DNA of 64,000 nt, taken from positions 5,733 through 69,732 of the IMG/VR virus record IMGVR_UViG_3300032272_000010. The stretch is one strand, 5' to 3'. Source of the DNA: a virus (lineage: Duplodnaviria; Caudoviricetes). Shown one piece after another: positions 61,013 through 64,000 of the stretch. Position 1 is the stretch's first letter. Every line of letters begins with the position of its first letter. Under the pieces are notes generated by a model. That model was not told where the DNA came from and ran no database searches. It worked only from the letters and a program-made list of their open reading frames with translations. Made by a program: the position numbers and the translations under genes.

Positions 61013-61826
61013 GTGCCCAGTCAGTTAATGTGAAAAAATCATCTATGTTTTCTTGCAGGTGTATCAACTTACCATTGACAAGTAGATACTCTCTCCAGTC
61101 ATCGTCGTAAGCATTTATGTAAGCGGCTATGACGGCCTCCTGCATCTCCTCTTCATTAGCAGCAGCATCTATGGCCTTCTTTGCGCCTACGTCACCAACC
61201 CCTTTTACTCCTGGGATATTGTCCGTAGGGTCACCTTTTATAAGCTGCTGGTAATAGTGACGCTTTGCCTCCTCAACGCTCACAGCGAAATTCACCTGTG
61301 TTTTCGGGTTGTAGAACAGACCAGGAATACACTGAAGGTCTTTGTCAATGGTCACTATCACATACTCATGACCTTGTTGCTCGCACTCACCAGCCCATAT
61401 CCGGAGAAGGTCGTCAGCCTCGCGACCGTGAGCTGGGACAGACAGGTCATAGTAAACAGAGAGGTTTCTGAGGGTCTTCACAAAAGCGGGCTTAGGGGAA
61501 GACGGGTGAGGTGTTCGCTCTTTTCGGTGTCGTTTGTAGTCAAGGTAGATCACATCCCGGAAGTTGTCATCCCCTTTGACAGCCATCATGTAGCTTGTTG
61601 CGAATGTGGCCTCCACGATTGAGTCAATCTCCTGTTGGAAGCGCTTCCAAGAATCTGCTAGGTACTTTGCATCTTCCTCCTGCGTGTGCTCCAAGGCCAC
61701 CTTGTTGCCCTCGCTGTCAAGCTCTATAACGTTGATCCCGTTTTTAAGTTTGTTGAGCCAGCGAGGCTTACAAGCTAAGTAGCAGAGGACATCGCCATCA
61801 ATTAGTGCTATCTTTTGATTGCTCAT
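60993..61826 (-). CDS. 5'-3' exonuclease (T7 gp6 / FEN-like)
   Basis: LIDGD, NFR, YKRHR, EADD, DKDL, GDPTDNIPG. Confidence 0.9.
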   Translation of the reverse strand: MSNQKIALIDGDVLCYLACKPRWLNKLKNGINVIELDSEGNKVALEHTQEEDAKYLADSWKRFQQEIDSIVEATFATSYMMAVKGDDNFRDVIYLDYKRHRKERTPHPSSPKPAFVKTLRNLSVYYDLSVPAHGREADDLLRIWAGECEQQGHEYVIVTIDKDLQCIPGLFYNPKTQVNFAVSVEEAKRHYYQQLIKGDPTDNIPGVKGVGDVGAKKAIDAAANEEEMQEAVIAAYINAYDDDWREYLLVNGKLIHLQENIDDFFTLTDWALAQELS

Positions 61827-62259
61827 TCAATCCGGTTCCTTTTAAGTAGTCAGCGTGCTCCTCGTAAGCCATCGCCACATAGTCTGCGTAGACTGTCTGG
61901 TAGTCAATCAAAGAACCACGCAGCGCTGGCAAAGGAGACTCAGCTAATGCTTTGAGCAGTTTGTCAGACTCACCTTCAGGAATTACCCCTAGTACTTCGG
62001 AATCAGCCACTCTTCGCAAGACCCTGAGAAGTTTCTTAGACATATGTCTTTCTGGAACCACTATAGGTACGTCTAGGGCTTCAAGGATTCCGACCATCAT
62101 GTTCGCATCTCCCCACTCCGTCGACAGCAACCCTAAGTTGGTTGCATTATACTCACAGTACTGATGCCCTGGGGTGAATCGTAGACACTTAGAAGTGGCT
62201 TGTTGAACTTCCCCAAGCTCTTCCATGAAGGTTATTCCAATCAACTCAATGATATTCAT
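61798..62259 (-). CDS. MazG-like pyrophosphohydrolase, second copy
   Basis: EELGEVQQATSK.LRF...EWGD. Confidence 0.55.
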   Translation of the reverse strand: MNIIELIGITFMEELGEVQQATSKCLRFTPGHQYCEYNATNLGLLSTEWGDANMMVGILEALDVPIVVPERHMSKKLLRVLRRVADSEVLGVIPEGESDKLLKALAESPLPALRGSLIDYQTVYADYVAMAYEEHADYLKGTGLNEQSKDSTN

Positions 62260-62519
62260 CGATAAAAATCCCCTGCGAACGCTCTGAGGTCTTTTTCAGG
62301 CACCTCGTACTTTTTGGCGTACTGCCCCACCTTGAAGCCTACTTCATAGAGACGACGCTGTTTCCTGTCTCTAGGTATACTGTGCCTGAGACCTCTCTTG
62401 CGACCTGCGCTGAAGCCTGAATAGAACGCTGTGTCGCTTCTTTGGGATGTCTTGCTCATACTTATTCCTCTAGTTAGTTTAGTGAATCTCAAGCCAGTTG
62501 TTTCCTGTCTTACCGTCAC
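62256..62519 (-). CDS. Small basic hypothetical protein
   Basis: ORF between the polymerase and MazG-like genes. Confidence 0.45.
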   Translation of the reverse strand: MTVRQETTGLRFTKLTRGISMSKTSQRSDTAFYSGFSAGRKRGLRHSIPRDRKQRRLYEVGFKVGQYAKKYEVPEKDLRAFAGDFYR

Positions 62520-64000
62520 CGTCCATTATTTCAATACCGTAAAGTTTTGGGGCCTCCGCGAACCCATTTATACCTATCAATCGAGCTTCTTCCGCATACT
62601 CATCTGGGACCATAAAGTTGAACTCATCATGATACATGATTAGGGGTATATAAGGTATACCCCTAGCCTTTAGAGCACGCACCGTTAGCATCAATGCCGA
62701 AGCACAAGTTATCTTCTCCAATGACTGAAGTAAATATACTAGGAGCTTGTGGTACGAGTCCACGTACACCTTGTTGCCTACCACTGTTTCGATATACCCC
62801 TCGCCTGTACGCCTAGTAGCTGAGTACATCGCTCTGAGCTTCTTCAACAAGTCCTGAAATCCAGGAACAGCCTTGGTGAACCCTGTTTTAAGTAGCTTAC
62901 CTTGCTCATCGTCAACAGTGTTAAAGACGTAGCTCCACAGCTTGCCTCCGCTAGCACCAAACAGGAATGCGTAAAGGATACGCTTAGCTCTGCCTCGCTT
63001 TGCCTTGGTGACACGACCTGCCGTCGCATATTGTGAGCCGTCAGGTTTGCGGTAGTCTAAGTACGCTTTTATAGACAACCCTTTGTCCGCTAAGAAGCTT
63101 AAAAGTCGTTCAGGCAGCTTTACGTCACCTGAGTCCACGATGTAGCAGCCCCAATGAATTCCCATGGTTGCCAAAACACCATCCAACTTCTCAGCGTTGT
63201 ACATGTGAATGTCGCCATTCAACAATGTATCAATGTAAGAAGGGTCTCCTAGATAAAATGCCAGACCTCTCGCTTGGTTACCCTTAGAGTCACAACCTAC
63301 TAGTGTCCAGCCTGGCTTACCTCTAAAGAGCTTACGAAATTCCGGCCCCCATTCGGCATCAGAACTCGGGATGTTTGCGATGATCTTGTGACGGCTGCGC
63401 ATACTAGGCGTGCCTATCACAAAACTCTCACCGTGTAGGTTACCTTCAGTATCAACGTTTTCCAACCACGTCTTAAGGATAGAGTGCCTAGAACCTGCAA
63501 CCACAAACTTCTTATATAGTGCCGCGTCTTTGCCTAAGAACTCGATGCTGTCCTCGGTTATCTTAGGAGATGTCTGTATGCGTCGACCTTCCTCGAACTT
63601 ATAGTTCCACTCGGTGGGCTCCCAACCGTTCCTGTAGAGGAAGATCTTCACATCACCAACTGAGGACAGCTTTAGTTCAGGGAACTCAACACGACTATAA
63701 GGCCCTGCTATGGGCCTCGCAACCATGTTGTCGCCGTATTCCTCATTCAGCTCTTCTATCACCTCCTCTGGTAAACCTAACAACGGCTCTATGCCAAACC
63801 AATTAGCAGTATGGTGTGCATACGAGCCATCCTTGACCCACTTGGGTTCCTTGAAAGGGTACTCACCTTTGCACTTATCTACCGCTACACACTTGCGCCC
63901 CAACTTAGCAGAAAGAGCTAGTTCAGCTCTCTCCACTGCTTCACCAAGTTTGACATCAAGACTAACAGCAGCCTCCACGTCAAAGGGCCACCCTATGAGC
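62479..64000 (-). CDS. Family A DNA polymerase (T7 gp5-like), C-terminal part; frame open past the window edge
   Basis: GWPFD, motif A LVGCDSKGNQAR, motif B RAKRILYAFLFG (Tyr at the 762-equivalent position), motif C YHDE. Confidence 0.92.
   Translation of the reverse strand, partial: LIGWPFDVEAAVSLDVKLGEAVERAELALSAKLGRKCVAVDKCKGEYPFKEPKWVKDGSYAHHTANWFGIEPLLGLPEEVIEELNEEYGDNMVARPIAGPYSRVEFPELKLSSVGDVKIFLYRNGWEPTEWNYKFEEGRRIQTSPKITEDSIEFLGKDAALYKKFVVAGSRHSILKTWLENVDTEGNLHGESFVIGTPSMRSRHKIIANIPSSDAEWGPEFRKLFRGKPGWTLVGCDSKGNQARGLAFYLGDPSYIDTLLNGDIHMYNAEKLDGVLATMGIHWGCYIVDSGDVKLPERLLSFLADKGLSIKAYLDYRKPDGSQYATAGRVTKAKRGRAKRILYAFLFGASGGKLWSYVFNTVDDEQGKLLKTGFTKAVPGFQDLLKKLRAMYSATRRTGEGYIETVVGNKVYVDSYHKLLVYLLQSLEKITCASALMLTVRALKARGIPYIPLIMYHDEFNFMVPDEYAEEARLIGINGFAEAPKLYGIEIMDGDGKTGNNWLEIH

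Overview
The window is 64 kb of a lytic-looking tailed dsDNA phage genome, probably infecting a Gram-negative host. Every credible gene is on the minus strand, and the plus-strand ORFs look like shadows. In transcription order (right to left) it holds five modules. (1) A T7-like replication module: family A DNA polymerase (truncated by the window edge), 5'-3' exonuclease, primase-helicase, class II RNR and ATP-dependent ligase. (2) A dense region of small genes at 38.4-52 kb, with three paralog families totalling 12 copies. (3) A repeat-rich non-coding region at 37.6-38.4 kb. (4) A siphovirus morphogenesis module: terS/terL, an accessory cassette, portal, MuF, scaffold, capsid, neck, tail tube, frameshifted tail chaperones, a 2625-aa tape measure and tail tip. 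(5) A lysis cassette. The top observation is a 1534-aa protein at the canonical MuF (SPP1 gp7-like) locus. It fuses a MuF head-morphogenesis domain to a T7-type single-subunit RNA polymerase with intact catalytic motifs. A 16-bp motif, CCCGTT(G/A)AATTAACCC, sits upstream of four gene modules and is its candidate promoter. The nrdJ gene is split inside its catalytic Cys codon by an 826-nt group I intron carrying a LAGLIDADG endonuclease. No tRNA, CRISPR array, integrase or reverse transcriptase was seen. All family assignments come from motif recognition by eye; no database searches were run.
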